The translations under genes were made by a program, and so were the position numbers. This document shows, piece by piece, positions 1 through 10,478 of a stretch of 58,310 nt of DNA (position 1 is the first letter of the stretch; each line of letters begins with the position of its first letter). Source of the stretch: Candidatus Woesearchaeota archaeon (GTDB lineage Archaea > Nanobdellota > Nanobdellia > Woesearchaeales > JAGVYU01); the NCBI GenBank assembly GCA_043810355.1, contig JBDROB010000070.1, positions 1-58,310 of the forward strand, in the 5' to 3' direction. The notes under the pieces were generated by a model, which searched no databases, had not been told where the DNA came from, and saw nothing but the letters and a program-made list of their open reading frames with translations.

Positions 1-16
1 AAAAAATAAGAGGAGG

Positions 17-757
17 ATGAATAATATGCAACCAATGCCGCATCAATTAATGGGATATGACAGGGCAATCACAATGTTCAGTCCTGATGGAAGATTATTA
101 CAGGTAGAATATGCTAAAAAAACTGTAAGACAAGGATCAACAGCCATAGGAATGGTGTGTTCTGACGGAGTCTTATTGGTAACAGACAAAAGGGTTGTTG
201 ACAGCCTGATTGTTCCAGAAGCTGTAGAGAAGATATGGCAGATCGATGACCATATAGGAGCGACTGCATCAGGAATATTGAGTGATGCAAGAGTGCTAAT
301 TGAAAGAGCACAGCTAAAAGCACAGCAGCATAGAGTGACTTATGATTCAGAGATTGATGTCTTGTCAATAGTCAAGGACATCTGCGACCTAAAACAAGTA
401 TGCACCCAGAGCGGAGGATTAAGACCATTTGGAGTCTCAGTCCTGATAGCTGGAGTTGATGATACAGGGCCAAAGTTATTTGAGACTGATCCGACAGGGA
501 TATTCTTCAGATATAAGGCAAGTGTCATAGGAGAGGGAGAGCCAGAGATAGAGGAAATTTTGCATAAGGAATACAAGGATACAATGACACTTGATGATGG
601 GCTGAAATTATTAGTGAAATCATTATACAAAATCTTGGACAAGAATTTCAGTGTTGACAGGATTGATGCAGTTGAAGTCAAGACAAATGACAGGACCTTC
701 AGAAAAATATCGAGAGCAAAGCTTGAAAAATTGTTCAAGGAGATAAAGAAGAAATAA
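17..757 (+). CDS. psmA: Proteasome subunit alpha
   Basis: N-terminal YDRAITMFSPDGRLLQVEYA alpha signature; GGLRPFGVS, TDPTG motifs; GAGGAG SD before ATG. Confidence 0.97.
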   Translation: MNNMQPMPHQLMGYDRAITMFSPDGRLLQVEYAKKTVRQGSTAIGMVCSDGVLLVTDKRVVDSLIVPEAVEKIWQIDDHIGATASGILSDARVLIERAQLKAQQHRVTYDSEIDVLSIVKDICDLKQVCTQSGGLRPFGVSVLIAGVDDTGPKLFETDPTGIFFRYKASVIGEGEPEIEEILHKEYKDTMTLDDGLKLLVKSLYKILDKNFSVDRIDAVEVKTNDRTFRKISRAKLEKLFKEIKKK

Positions 758-770
758 AAGGTAGCTTAAC

Positions 771-1490
771 ATGCCAGGAATAACATATGACAAGGAAAGA
801 ATCCACATAAATGTGGCAAGGCTAAGGAAAGGAAGCGAAAAGTTTGAGATTGACATAGATCCAGACAAGGCAATAGATTACAAAAACGGCAAGATAAGCG
901 ATATCAATGAAGTTCTGAAAGCAAAAAAAATATTCTCAGACGCAAAAAAAGGTTTGGAAGTGTCAGAAAAGATATTAGAAACAATATTCAAGACAAGCGA
1001 TCCATTAGAGGTTGCAAATATCATCCTTAAGAATGGCGAGATCCAATTAACTGAGGAATACAGGAAAAAGATGAGGGAATTGAAGATCAAGAAGATTGTC
1101 AGCATAATACACAGGAATGGAGTTGATCCAAAAACTCATCTTCCACACCCAATGATAAGGCTTGAGAATGCAATTGAACAGGCTAAAGTCAAAATAGATG
1201 ATTATAAGCCAGCAGAGATACAGGTTCAAGATGTGCTTAAGAAACTAAGAGTGATTCTTCCTATCAAGTTTGAGATCAAGGAGATTGCAATCAAGATCTC
1301 TTCAGAATATGCAGCAAAATCATATAATCTTGTCAAGGAATTCGGAACAATCCTAAAGGATGAATGGCTGACAGACGGATCATGGTTAGTTGTATTGGAT
1401 ATTCCAGGCGGGCTTGAAAATGATTTTTATGATAAGTTAAACAATTTTACTCATGGTAATATTGAAACAAAAGTATTGAAGATTAAATAA
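771..1490 (+). CDS. Ribosome maturation factor SBDS/Sdo1
   Basis: VARLRKGSEKFEI, IFSDAKKG, GEIQLT, VDPKTHLPHP motifs; canonical position in the archaeal exosome superoperon. Confidence 0.95.
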   Translation: MPGITYDKERIHINVARLRKGSEKFEIDIDPDKAIDYKNGKISDINEVLKAKKIFSDAKKGLEVSEKILETIFKTSDPLEVANIILKNGEIQLTEEYRKKMRELKIKKIVSIIHRNGVDPKTHLPHPMIRLENAIEQAKVKIDDYKPAEIQVQDVLKKLRVILPIKFEIKEIAIKISSEYAAKSYNLVKEFGTILKDEWLTDGSWLVVLDIPGGLENDFYDKLNNFTHGNIETKVLKIK

Positions 1491-1542
1491 ATATATAGCC
1501 AAAAAACATGATAAAATCAGTAAATTGGCGGAGTGATTAAAA

Positions 1543-2259
1543 ATGGGACAATTATTAATAAAAGATAAAGACATTGTAACACCAGGAGAGGAGCTGGCAA
1601 AAGGCATGGACTACCTGCCTGGTGAAGGAACATACAGATTGGATGATTTTGTCAGGGCAAACAAATTTGGCCTGGTGACAATCAATGGAAGAGCAATAAA
1701 AATTATACCCCTGTCAGGCGCTTATCTGCCAAAAAGTGGGGATGTGATTATAGGAGATGTAATCGATCTCTCAATGAATGGATGGAGAATTGACACAAAG
1801 AGCGCTTATTCAGCAATGCTCATGCTTAAAGAAGCAACCTCAGGATATATTGAAAAAGGCGCTGATTTGACCAAATATTTTGACATAGGAGATTATATCA
1901 TGGCAAAGATAACTAATGTGACTTCACAAAATCTTGTTGATCTCACATTAAGAGGACCTGGTCTAAGGAAACTGGTTGGAGGCAGGATCATAAGAGTGAA
2001 TGCACATAAGGTTCCAAGGATCATAGGAAAGCAAGGATCAATGGTATCAATGATAAAAGAAGCTACAGGATGCAATATTAGTGTTGGACAGAATGGTGTG
2101 GTCTGGATACAAGGAGAGCCAAAAAATGAGATTATTGCAATAGAGGCAATAAAGATGATTGAATCAGAATCACATGTCAGTGGATTAACTGATAGGATTA
2201 AAACATCACTGGACAAATCATTAAGATCAAGCAAATTAGGTGAAAAAAATGACATTTAA
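1543..2259 (+). CDS. rrp4: Exosome complex RNA-binding protein Rrp4
   Basis: VTPGE, YLPKSGDVIIG (S1), KVPRIIGKQGSM and VGQNGVVWI (KH). Confidence 0.95.
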   Translation: MGQLLIKDKDIVTPGEELAKGMDYLPGEGTYRLDDFVRANKFGLVTINGRAIKIIPLSGAYLPKSGDVIIGDVIDLSMNGWRIDTKSAYSAMLMLKEATSGYIEKGADLTKYFDIGDYIMAKITNVTSQNLVDLTLRGPGLRKLVGGRIIRVNAHKVPRIIGKQGSMVSMIKEATGCNISVGQNGVVWIQGEPKNEIIAIEAIKMIESESHVSGLTDRIKTSLDKSLRSSKLGEKNDI

Positions 2260-2959
2260 GAGACCAGATGGAAGAAAAAATGATCAATTAAGGGATATTG
2301 AAGCAAAGGCAGGCATAATCAAAAGAGCAGATGGCTCAGCCATGTTCAGAATAGGAAAGACTGTAGCATATGCATCTGTCTATGGGCCAAGGGAACTTTA
2401 TCCAAAGTTTCTGCAAAATCCTAGAAAAGGAATTTTAAGATGCAATTATAACATGATGCCTTTCTCAGGATCAGGAGACAGAGTTCGACCAGGCGGAAAC
2501 AGAAGGTCAAAGGAAATATCAATGGTGACAACAAAATCTTTGGATCCAGTCCTGGACCTTTCAGAATATCCTAATGCTGTTGTGGATGTGTTTATAGAAC
2601 TGCCTCAAACAGATGCAGGATCAAGATGCGCCGGCATATGCGCAGCATCAATTGCACTTGCTGATGCAGGGTTGAATATGAAAGATCTTATAGCTGCAGT
2701 ATCAGTCGGAAATCTCAATGGAAACATTGTTGTAGACCTGGACAAGGATGAAGAAGATCTTGAAGGGGATGTCGCAGATATTCCTATTGCAATAATTCCA
2801 AGCACAGGACAAATCACACTGCTTCAAATGGATGGTATCATAACCAAAGACCAGCTCAAGAAAGCGCTTGAGCTTGGCAAGAAAGTAAGCGGTGAATTAA
2901 TTGAAGTACAAAGAAAAGCACTAAAAGAAAAATACAAAGGTGGAGACAATGGAAAATAA
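2249..2959 (+). CDS. rrp41: Exosome complex exonuclease Rrp41
   Basis: RPDGRK, ADGSA, VYGPRE, RRSKEIS, DAGSRCA RNase PH motifs; start moved to ATG 2249 behind GGTGA SD. Confidence 0.95.
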   Translation: MTFKRPDGRKNDQLRDIEAKAGIIKRADGSAMFRIGKTVAYASVYGPRELYPKFLQNPRKGILRCNYNMMPFSGSGDRVRPGGNRRSKEISMVTTKSLDPVLDLSEYPNAVVDVFIELPQTDAGSRCAGICAASIALADAGLNMKDLIAAVSVGNLNGNIVVDLDKDEEDLEGDVADIPIAIIPSTGQITLLQMDGIITKDQLKKALELGKKVSGELIEVQRKALKEKYKGGDNGK

Positions 2960-3719
2960 GATTGCTCATTTCTTAAAATACCTGAATACAGGATTGAGGT
3001 ATGATAACAGAAAATTAGATGAGTTCAGGAAAATTACGATTGAAGAGAACATATCAAAGAATGCAGAAGGATCTGTAAGGGTGAAATTTGGCGAGACAGA
3101 AGTCTTGGCTGGAGTAAAGATGGAAATGGGAAAACCATTTCCAGACAAGCCAGATGAAGGCTCAATCATGGTCAATGTGGAGTTATTGCCATTATCAAGC
3201 CCTGATTTTGAGTCAGGACCTCCTGGAATCAAGGCAATTGAATTGGCAAGAGTGGTTGACAGAGGAATAAGAGAGAGCAAGGCAGTCGATTTCAAGAAAT
3301 TATGCATTGAAGAAGGGGAAAAGGTATGGATACTCTTGATTGATATAATATCTGTTAATGATGCTGGAAACCTATTGGATGCTAGTGCATTAGCTGCATT
3401 AGCTGCATTAAAAAATGCAGTCTATCCAAAGATTGAGGATGGCAAGATCAATTACAAAGAGATGACAAAGGAAAAAGTAAAACTAGAGAAAGAGCCTATA
3501 AGCATCACTGTCTATAAGGTAGGGGATAAGATGATCATTGATCCTACATATGAGGAAGAGAAGTTTGCAGAAGGCAGACTAACAACTGCATCAACTGCAG
3601 AGGGAAAGATATGTGCAATGCAAAAAGGCCTTGACAGCCCCCTTACATTAGAGGAGATTGACCTGATGGTCAATCTGGCTTTAGAAAAGGCCAAAGATGT
3701 AAGGAAGTCTTTGAAATAA
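2949..3719 (+). CDS. rrp42: Exosome complex component Rrp42
   Basis: AEGSVRVKFGET, PFPDKPDEG, FESGPP, ELARVVDRGIRES, DAGNLLDA; start moved to ATG 2949. Confidence 0.95.
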   Translation: MENKIAHFLKYLNTGLRYDNRKLDEFRKITIEENISKNAEGSVRVKFGETEVLAGVKMEMGKPFPDKPDEGSIMVNVELLPLSSPDFESGPPGIKAIELARVVDRGIRESKAVDFKKLCIEEGEKVWILLIDIISVNDAGNLLDASALAALAALKNAVYPKIEDGKINYKEMTKEKVKLEKEPISITVYKVGDKMIIDPTYEEEKFAEGRLTTASTAEGKICAMQKGLDSPLTLEEIDLMVNLALEKAKDVRKSLK

Positions 3720-3786
3720 AATTAAAATCCTTAACATGTTAAAATAAGGAAAGCTTTTTAAATAGGAATTAACTCCAAAAACTAAG

Positions 3787-4050
3787 ATGGTAGAAAAAGA
3801 CTTTGCAGAAGGTGAAGTAGCTCAGGAAAACTTCACAAAGTATGAAAGAGCTAGGATCCTAGGCTCAAGAGCATTGCAGATATCAGTCGGAGCCCCTTTC
3901 TTGATAAAACTTGATGAAAATGATCTTGAGAATCTAAGATATAATCCAATTGAGATAGCAAAACTTGAATATAATAAAGGATTAATCCCAATAACAGTGA
4001 AGAGGCCTTTGCCAGGCAAGAAAAAGAAAGTCAAGAAACAAGAAGAATAA
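3787..4050 (+). CDS. rpoK: DNA-directed RNA polymerase subunit Rpo6 (K)
   Basis: [21 protein letters not shown] and PIEIA..E...[10 protein letters not shown] signature. Confidence 0.95.
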   Translation: MVEKDFAEGEVAQENFTKYERARILGSRALQISVGAPFLIKLDENDLENLRYNPIEIAKLEYNKGLIPITVKRPLPGKKKKVKKQEE

Positions 4051-4055
4051 TAGAA

Positions 4056-4661
4056 TCAATTCTTTAATAAATCAATTATTTTTTTAAAATTTTCTTTATT
4101 CATCTTATTTTTATATCTTTTAGCTGAACTGATAGTTGTTTTTCTATTGATTTTTATCTTTTTTTCTTTCAGAATCAGCTGAATCCTTTTTGATATAATG
4201 AATTGGCAGAATTGAGTGACATTTTTTGGGCTTTCAGTCTTATGAGTCCTCTCAAAATCTATAAACACAGGTCTTGACCTGATCAATATGTGCTTGTATG
4301 GGTGGTGCATCTCCTCTTTGTTGATCTTTAGCTGATCCATCTGATAGCATTGTTTTAGGATTGATGCTAATATCTTTATTATTTCAGGTTTTGGACTTTT
4401 TTTTAGAAAGTCGTCAATAAATTCACCTTCAACAAACTTGTAAACAAGTTTTTTGTTTTTGAACATGACAAATTCTGGACCAATCTTATACTTATTCAGG
4501 AGTTTTAAGTAGTTAGCCTCATTTTCAATCCTGTTCTTTGCCTCAGACTCTGGCTTTTTCACCTTAATTGCCACTTTCATGTTTTTATAAATGCCAGTAT
4601 AGATGAGTCCGCGCTTGCCTTTTGAGAAATAAGTGATATTTTTTATTGGTTTTAGCATCAT
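4056..4661 (-). CDS. Small Ser/Thr protein kinase-like protein (RIO/Bud32-related)
   Basis: KGKRGLIY Gly loop, VAIK lysine, helix-C Glu (NEA), FIDFE Mg-binding motif; catalytic loop atypical (KEEMHHPYKH). Confidence 0.7.
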   Translation of the reverse strand: MMLKPIKNITYFSKGKRGLIYTGIYKNMKVAIKVKKPESEAKNRIENEANYLKLLNKYKIGPEFVMFKNKKLVYKFVEGEFIDDFLKKSPKPEIIKILASILKQCYQMDQLKINKEEMHHPYKHILIRSRPVFIDFERTHKTESPKNVTQFCQFIISKRIQLILKEKKIKINRKTTISSAKRYKNKMNKENFKKIIDLLKN

Positions 4662-5023
4662 TTTATTCTATTTATCTTCTTTAGTCTTCCCTTTGATTTT
4701 TTCGTCAAATACTTTTTCTTGATATCCTTAGAAATCATGAACCAAGCAATAAGAAATGTAATAAAAAGAAAGCTGGTTATAGGCCAGAATGGAAGTCTCT
4801 TGAAGAAGCCATACCCTATCAGGAAAAAAATTGCAGTGATTGCAGCAGCATAGACATATTCCATCAATCTGTCTAATCTCATGATATGATATCTTGCCCT
4901 GTAATAGACAATCACCAACAATGGGATGTTAAGGATCAATTCTATTATTGTCTGCATGAATATTCCAAATATTGCCAACATTCCAAGGATAACTATTATG
5001 AAAATTATTATGAATGGCCACAT
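4658..5023 (-). CDS. Hypothetical membrane protein
   Basis: About four hydrophobic segments, basic C-tail; stop overlaps the kinase start. Confidence 0.7.
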   Translation of the reverse strand: MWPFIIIFIIVILGMLAIFGIFMQTIIELILNIPLLVIVYYRARYHIMRLDRLMEYVYAAAITAIFFLIGYGFFKRLPFWPITSFLFITFLIAWFMISKDIKKKYLTKKSKGRLKKINRIK

Positions 5024-5071
5024 ATGAACAATTTATGGGTCTAGATATATTAAGTTTTTGATTGTAATCAT

Positions 5072-5617
5072 TTATTTTCTTATTAAGTAAACAAACAATT
5101 GCTCATAAAAAAACTTTTCAGAGTCAATTAATACTGATTTAAGGTTTAATTGCTTTATTGCCTTGTCAATAATCTTCTTGTTTGTCAAAGAAGAGAATAA
5201 CAGGAGGATTTTTCCATCTTTTTGCAAATAAGGTTTTGCTTGCTTAAGGAACTTGATTGTGAGCTCATACCCTTTTTTCCCTCCGTCAAGAGTTAGGTCT
5301 TTAAGTCTTGCATCATCAGGAAGGTAAGGTGGGTTAAAAATGATAAGATCAAACTTTGGCTTTGTTTTTAATTTTTCAAAAATACTGAACAAGTCGCTTC
5401 TTTTCCAGATAATCTTATTACTTTTTAGATTTGATTTACAGTATTTTATTGCTTCTGGATCAATATCAACACCATAGACTTTCTTTACTTTAATGGATTT
5501 GGCGGCTTGTTCTGCTTGGATTCCAGAACCAGTTCCCATGTCAAGGACTAATCCGTAAGCATATTCTTTTATATGTTTTTTCAGCAAGAATGAGTCTTCT
5601 CTTGGCTCGTAGACCAT
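5072..5617 (-). CDS. HemK2/Mtq2-family release factor glutamine methyltransferase
   Basis: VYEPREDSFLL, LDMGTGSG, FNPPYLP, DGGKKG. Confidence 0.9.
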   Translation of the reverse strand: MVYEPREDSFLLKKHIKEYAYGLVLDMGTGSGIQAEQAAKSIKVKKVYGVDIDPEAIKYCKSNLKSNKIIWKRSDLFSIFEKLKTKPKFDLIIFNPPYLPDDARLKDLTLDGGKKGYELTIKFLKQAKPYLQKDGKILLLFSSLTNKKIIDKAIKQLNLKSVLIDSEKFFYEQLFVYLIRK

Positions 5618-5692
5618 TTTTCAAGTTAATATTTTTTTCTATTTGATTTTTTTAATATTCTTTTTCTATTTTCTTTAAGATTTTGTTTAATC

Positions 5693-5742
5693 TTTTTAGG
5701 AATTCGAATCGATCAAATAATTCGCATCGAATTCGGACTTAA
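5693..5742. repeat. Intergenic palindrome GAATTCGA-N19-TCGAATTC (copy 1 of 2)
   Basis: tttttagGAATTCGA (arm 5700-5707) ... TCGAATTC (5727-5734); same arms and 5' flank recur at 42056-42103. Confidence 0.55.
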
Positions 5743-5786
5743 TCATCTATTTCTCTTTTAATATTCTTTATCTTTTTAATATTTTC

Positions 5787-6254
5787 TCACTTCTTTCTTT
5801 TGTCTTCAAGAACATTAAAGTATTCTCTTACTCGATCTTTTATGCTATTGAGATAGAATTTCTCAATCTTTTCATCAAAAATTTCTGGATACTGCATGTT
5901 TTCAGTTATCCTATAACTGCTGCCATTCTTTTCAAGCAGGAAAATATCCCTCAATCTCTTTAATTGCCTCCTGATGTTAGAGCCGGCAATGCCTACCAAT
6001 GGAAGGTCGCTTTTTTTCCTTGATTCAATAACAAGGTTTTCGATCTCTGCAGCTGTCAGATCCTTGCCTTGGCTATGGATAACATGGAAAATGTCAACAA
6101 TAATATCCCTAGAGTCGCCTGGCTGGAGAAGTCCAATCGATAGGCATAATTTTCTGATAAGCTCTCTGTCTTCTAATTGATATGGCTTTTCATACTTTCT
6201 TAGGGTGATCTCTGAAAAAGGAGTGTCTTTTGATACTGTTCTTTGTTTTGGCAT
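5787..6254 (-). CDS. Hypothetical protein, probable winged-helix DNA-binding fold
   Basis: Start at MPKQ (ATG 6254); SNIRRQLKRLRDIFLLEKNGSSYRI resembles a wHTH recognition helix plus wing. Confidence 0.6.
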   Translation of the reverse strand: MPKQRTVSKDTPFSEITLRKYEKPYQLEDRELIRKLCLSIGLLQPGDSRDIIVDIFHVIHSQGKDLTAAEIENLVIESRKKSDLPLVGIAGSNIRRQLKRLRDIFLLEKNGSSYRITENMQYPEIFDEKIEKFYLNSIKDRVREYFNVLEDKRKK

Positions 6255-6397
6255 TTTCTTGATTTTTTTTCTGCTTATAAGTTTTAGGCAGAAGTGATAT
6301 TTAAGGTTTTCCAAGGTAAAATAGGGATTTAAATGGCAGTTTTCATATACATTTATAAATTGAAGTTGACTTTCAAAAGGTATTAGGAGGAATTAAA

Positions 6398-6907
6398 ATG
6401 AGTCATGGTGATGTAATTGAATCAAGTAAACCGATAAGAATATTTGAAGCAAGTGAAGCAAGTGATGCTACAAGAATATTATATATTGATAGTCATCCAG
6501 AAACAAATATGGAATTGATTCAACGATTTCTAGGAATGCATGCAAGGGGAATATATGCAATGCAAGGAGCTGATTCTTATCAAAGGGCAGTGCAATTGTT
6601 TGGAGAAAATGATCTAGCATTATACGGACTTCATGAACAATTAGGTGATTCTATTGATTTTGCTGATCAAGCAATTGCAGCTGGATTGAAAACAGTGGTT
6701 TTTTCCTGTGATTTCAGATCAAGATCTGAATTGCTTAAAAAGGGAGTTGATGCATTTGTTGGAAAGGACCATGATTCTCCATTTAAAAGATTGGCTTGCA
6801 CGATTGACGCAGTTGTGCATGGATATGATGCATCAAGACCTGAACATAGAGAAATTAGGGGTTATTTGCATCCAGAACTTGTTATAGGAAGAGGAGTTCA
6901 AGAATAG
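6398..6907 (+). CDS. Orphan, degenerate receiver (CheY-like) domain protein
   Basis: ILYIDSH (beta1), VVFS (beta4), GVDAFVGK (beta5 Lys); no Asp at the expected phosphoacceptor position (DLALYG). AGGAGG SD. Confidence 0.55.
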   Translation: MSHGDVIESSKPIRIFEASEASDATRILYIDSHPETNMELIQRFLGMHARGIYAMQGADSYQRAVQLFGENDLALYGLHEQLGDSIDFADQAIAAGLKTVVFSCDFRSRSELLKKGVDAFVGKDHDSPFKRLACTIDAVVHGYDASRPEHREIRGYLHPELVIGRGVQE

Positions 6908-6983
6908 CTCAACAATAGTAATAATAAATATAATAAAATAAAAATAATTTAGGAAAAAAGATAATTAGAAAAATACTGATTGT

Positions 6984-9900
6984 CTATATCTTGCTCAAGA
7001 AGATTTCAAATTCTTTTGCTTTTACTTTTTCTTTTGAATTGTGTGTGAACTTGACTCCAGGCTCTCCTTGGCTAATTGTCAGGTGGGATGCACCTACTTT
7101 ATCTTTTATTGATTTTTCAAATGGAGCCAGCATCTGGGAAAGGTCTTTATCACATTTAAGAAATAATTCAATTCTATCATTTTTCTCTAATCCTGCGTCT
7201 TTTCGTAAGGCTTGAGTCCTTCGCATGATCTCTCTTGAATAGCCCTCTGCCTCAAGCTCTTCTGTCAATGTCTTATCCAGATAAACAAAACCCTGATTAA
7301 ATTCAACCTCTTGAAGATTTTCAGGAATATTTCTCTTGACAATAATATGCTCTTTGACAATAGAGATCTTTTCTCCATTAATAATTATCTCAAACTTACC
7401 TTCTTTATTTAAATTATTAATAATGTCATCAGCACTAGTCTGGGCAAGTTTAACAATTATTTGCGGAGATTTGTTACCAAAATCTGGCCCTAACTTTTTG
7501 AAATCAGCTTGAATAATATTTTTAACTCCTTTAATACTCTTTTCAATAGACAACTCCTTGATATTGGTCTGTTTCTTGATTATGTCTCCAAGCTTTTCAA
7601 TAACCTCTTTCACCTGAGGCTTTTCAGAAACAATAATCGCTTTTTTCAAAGGCCATCTAACTCCCATCTGTATCTTTTCCCTGGCATAAAGAATTCCTTG
7701 AGTAATACTATTGAGGATAGTGATCTGCTCTTCAAGCTCTTCATCAATCAAGTTTTTATCAGCCTCAGGCCAATCATATAATGAGATGCTTTCTTCCTCT
7801 AATCTGAATTCATGCTTTAGATTATGATATATCTTTTCACAGATAAAAGGGGCAGTTGGGGTGAATATCTTGAGTGTCTCAAGCAAGACTTTGTATATTG
7901 TCCAAAGGATTGTCTTTTTGTCCTTTTCATTTCCTAAATTTGACTTATCCCTCACAAACTGGATATAAGTCCTGCTCAATTCAAGGAAAAGCTCTTCAAT
8001 ATATTTTGGAGGATCATTCAGCAGATAATTGTCATATGCTTCAGTTGATCTTGCAATAGTGCTGTTCAGTTTTGAGATGATATATTTCTCCTCGAGCTTT
8101 AAATCAAGATCTGATTTTTTAATCTCTTTAGGATTAAGGTTAAGGTTTTTTGCCATATCTATGACAAATTTATGGACATTCCAGAGAATACCAAGATGCT
8201 TAAGCTTAAGCTTGATGTCATCAAAATTATAGTTCAGGTCAATTGCAGGAAGAGAGTTTGCAATAGAGAAATACCTGAATGAATCTGCACCATATTCACT
8301 GATAACTTCTTCAGGTGAGATATAATTGCCTTGGCTCTTAGACATCTTCCTGCCTTGAGCATCCTGGACAAAACCATGCATGTAGACAGCCTTGAAACTA
8401 GGCTTGTCCATTGCCACCATTGAAGCTACCATCAATAGGTTGAACCAGCCCCTGATCTGGTCTTTTCCTTCAAGAATGAAATCTGCCGGGAATAATCTAT
8501 TGAACAATTCCTGATCTTTAGGATAGTTAAGGTCATTCCAAGAAGCTGTGCCTGCATCAACCCAAACATCGAGGATATCAGGTATTCTTGTTTTTTGTTT
8601 TCTACAGATGCAAGGGATTGTTATCTCATCAATCCAAGGCTTATGAAAATCTTTTGGCTTTTTGCCAGAGAGTGTCTCAAGCTCTTCAATACTTCCTATG
8701 ACATCATATTTTTTGCATGCCTCACATCGCCATACAGGCAAAGGACAGCCCCAAAACCTCTGCTTTGTGATTGAGTTGTCTCTTAGGTTCTCTAACCATG
8801 AATTAAATGCATTATATGCAGATTTAGGAACCCACGCAACCTGATTGTTTGCCTTGATCATGCTATCCTTGAGATCCTCAACCTTGAAGAACCATTGTTT
8901 TGTAGCACGGAAAATGACTGGATTATGGCAGCGCCAGCAATGAGCATAATCATGATCAACATCAGTTGTCTCAATCAAAGATCCATTGTCCTTTAAAGCC
9001 TGTATAAACATCTTGTCATCTTTTTTTGCAACCAAAGAAGAGAATCTTCCCATTGAATCTGGGAATTCACCTTTTTCATTAAGGCTGTTAAAAGGTGGCA
9101 ATCCTTCCCTATAGCCAACCTCATAATCTTCAGGGCCGCATCCAGGAGCGCAATGGACTAATCCTGATCCTGCAGATGTATCAACATATTCTTCAGACAT
9201 GATGACAGAATGAAGCTTTGGATTGTCTTTTATCTCCTGAAAATATGAAATGTCTGCATACAAAGGATGTTCATACTTCATTCCTTCCAAATTCTTTCCC
9301 TTAAATTCCTCAATTGTCTCATAATCCTTATCTGCAACAGACCTGACTAATGGAGCGACTAATTGCTTGGCAATGATCCAGATCTCGTCTTCTACTTTAG
9401 CCCTGACATAATCCAATTCAGGATTTACCATGACAGCCATGTTATAAGGGATTGTCCAAGGAGTTGTAGTCCAAATTATCAGATATTCATTGCTTGTGCC
9501 TTTGACCTTGAATTTGAGGAAGATTGACTCTTCCTTAACATTCTTATATTCTAGTTCATGCTTTGCCAAAGCTGTTTCACATGAAGCACACCAAGTCATT
9601 GTCCTAAATCCTTCATAAAGACGGTTGTTCTCATGAGCTTTTTTTATGAGCCACCATTCTCCATTAATGTAATCCTCGCTTATTGTCTGGTAGGCATTTT
9701 CAAAATCCATCCACACACCTAATCTGATGAATTCTTCATTCATCTTTTTCAGGTTTGTTAAAGCCAGAGTCTTGCACTCTTTAACATACTTGTCAACACC
9801 AAATTTGATAATATCTTCCTTATCCTTAAGTTTGAGTTTCTTGTCAACAGCATGCTCAATAGGAAGGCCATGCATGTCATAGCCAGCCCTGTCATATACA

Positions 9901-10121
9901 TTCAATCCTGAGGCTCTCTTAAATCTCAAAATAGAGTCTTTGATAGATTTGTTCCATGCAGTCCCTATATGGATCTGGCCAGAAGTATAAGGAGGGCCAT
10001 CTAAGAAATAGAAGTCTTTTCCTTTTTCAGATTTTTTCCTGGCTTTTTCAAGGATCTTATGCTTTTCCCAGAATTTCAATATCTCTGGCTCAATCTCCTT
10101 GAAATCATAGTTTGGTATCAT
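6984..10121 (-). CDS. ileS: Isoleucine--tRNA ligase (archaeal/eukaryotic type)
   Basis: DGPPY..G..HIGT, GYDMHGLPIE, WTTTPWT editing domain, EGKDQIRGWF, KMSKS. Confidence 0.97.
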   Translation of the reverse strand: MIPNYDFKEIEPEILKFWEKHKILEKARKKSEKGKDFYFLDGPPYTSGQIHIGTAWNKSIKDSILRFKRASGLNVYDRAGYDMHGLPIEHAVDKKLKLKDKEDIIKFGVDKYVKECKTLALTNLKKMNEEFIRLGVWMDFENAYQTISEDYINGEWWLIKKAHENNRLYEGFRTMTWCASCETALAKHELEYKNVKEESIFLKFKVKGTSNEYLIIWTTTPWTIPYNMAVMVNPELDYVRAKVEDEIWIIAKQLVAPLVRSVADKDYETIEEFKGKNLEGMKYEHPLYADISYFQEIKDNPKLHSVIMSEEYVDTSAGSGLVHCAPGCGPEDYEVGYREGLPPFNSLNEKGEFPDSMGRFSSLVAKKDDKMFIQALKDNGSLIETTDVDHDYAHCWRCHNPVIFRATKQWFFKVEDLKDSMIKANNQVAWVPKSAYNAFNSWLENLRDNSITKQRFWGCPLPVWRCEACKKYDVIGSIEELETLSGKKPKDFHKPWIDEITIPCICRKQKTRIPDILDVWVDAGTASWNDLNYPKDQELFNRLFPADFILEGKDQIRGWFNLLMVASMVAMDKPSFKAVYMHGFVQDAQGRKMSKSQGNYISPEEVISEYGADSFRYFSIANSLPAIDLNYNFDDIKLKLKHLGILWNVHKFVIDMAKNLNLNPKEIKKSDLDLKLEEKYIISKLNSTIARSTEAYDNYLLNDPPKYIEELFLELSRTYIQFVRDKSNLGNEKDKKTILWTIYKVLLETLKIFTPTAPFICEKIYHNLKHEFRLEEESISLYDWPEADKNLIDEELEEQITILNSITQGILYAREKIQMGVRWPLKKAIIVSEKPQVKEVIEKLGDIIKKQTNIKELSIEKSIKGVKNIIQADFKKLGPDFGNKSPQIIVKLAQTSADDIINNLNKEGKFEIIINGEKISIVKEHIIVKRNIPENLQEVEFNQGFVYLDKTLTEELEAEGYSREIMRRTQALRKDAGLEKNDRIELFLKCDKDLSQMLAPFEKSIKDKVGASHLTISQGEPGVKFTHNSKEKVKAKEFEIFLSKI

Positions 10122-10236
10122 TACATATAGAAATTGAGGATTACTTTATAAATTTTTAGAATATGATAGGATTTGCCTGTTTCAGTTACTGCAAAAGCTT
10201 TTAAAAAATTTGCATCTAAATAATTCTGTGATTGAC

Positions 10237-10422
10237 TTACTTAATAAACTCACCGCAAGAATTGCATTTGTGGGCCTGTTCCTTCTCATCCCATGTGGTT
10301 GTTATTCCATAATCTATCTTATTATTGCATTTTGAGCATTTTGGCTCAAGATACTCCACACTTCCAAATATGTTTAATTCGTCCCCCAAGATAACCCCAC
10401 TATATTCAATTAGATTTACCAA
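10237..10422 (-). CDS. Small zinc-ribbon protein
   Basis: CSKC...CNSC pairs; start uncertain (TTG 10422, or ATA 10371 behind a GGGGGA SD-like site). Confidence 0.6.
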   Translation of the reverse strand: MVNLIEYSGVILGDELNIFGSVEYLEPKCSKCNNKIDYGITTTWDEKEQAHKCNSCGEFIK

Positions 10423-10478
10423 TATATAAACTTTTTCCTTATTTAAGTATCATATTATGAATTTAGTCAATAAGCAAA

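Noticed and set aside
114-3694. Antisense ORFs under the exosome operon, and similar shadow ORFs throughout the window
   Set aside because: They overlap well-supported genes on the other strand or frame and lack motifs.
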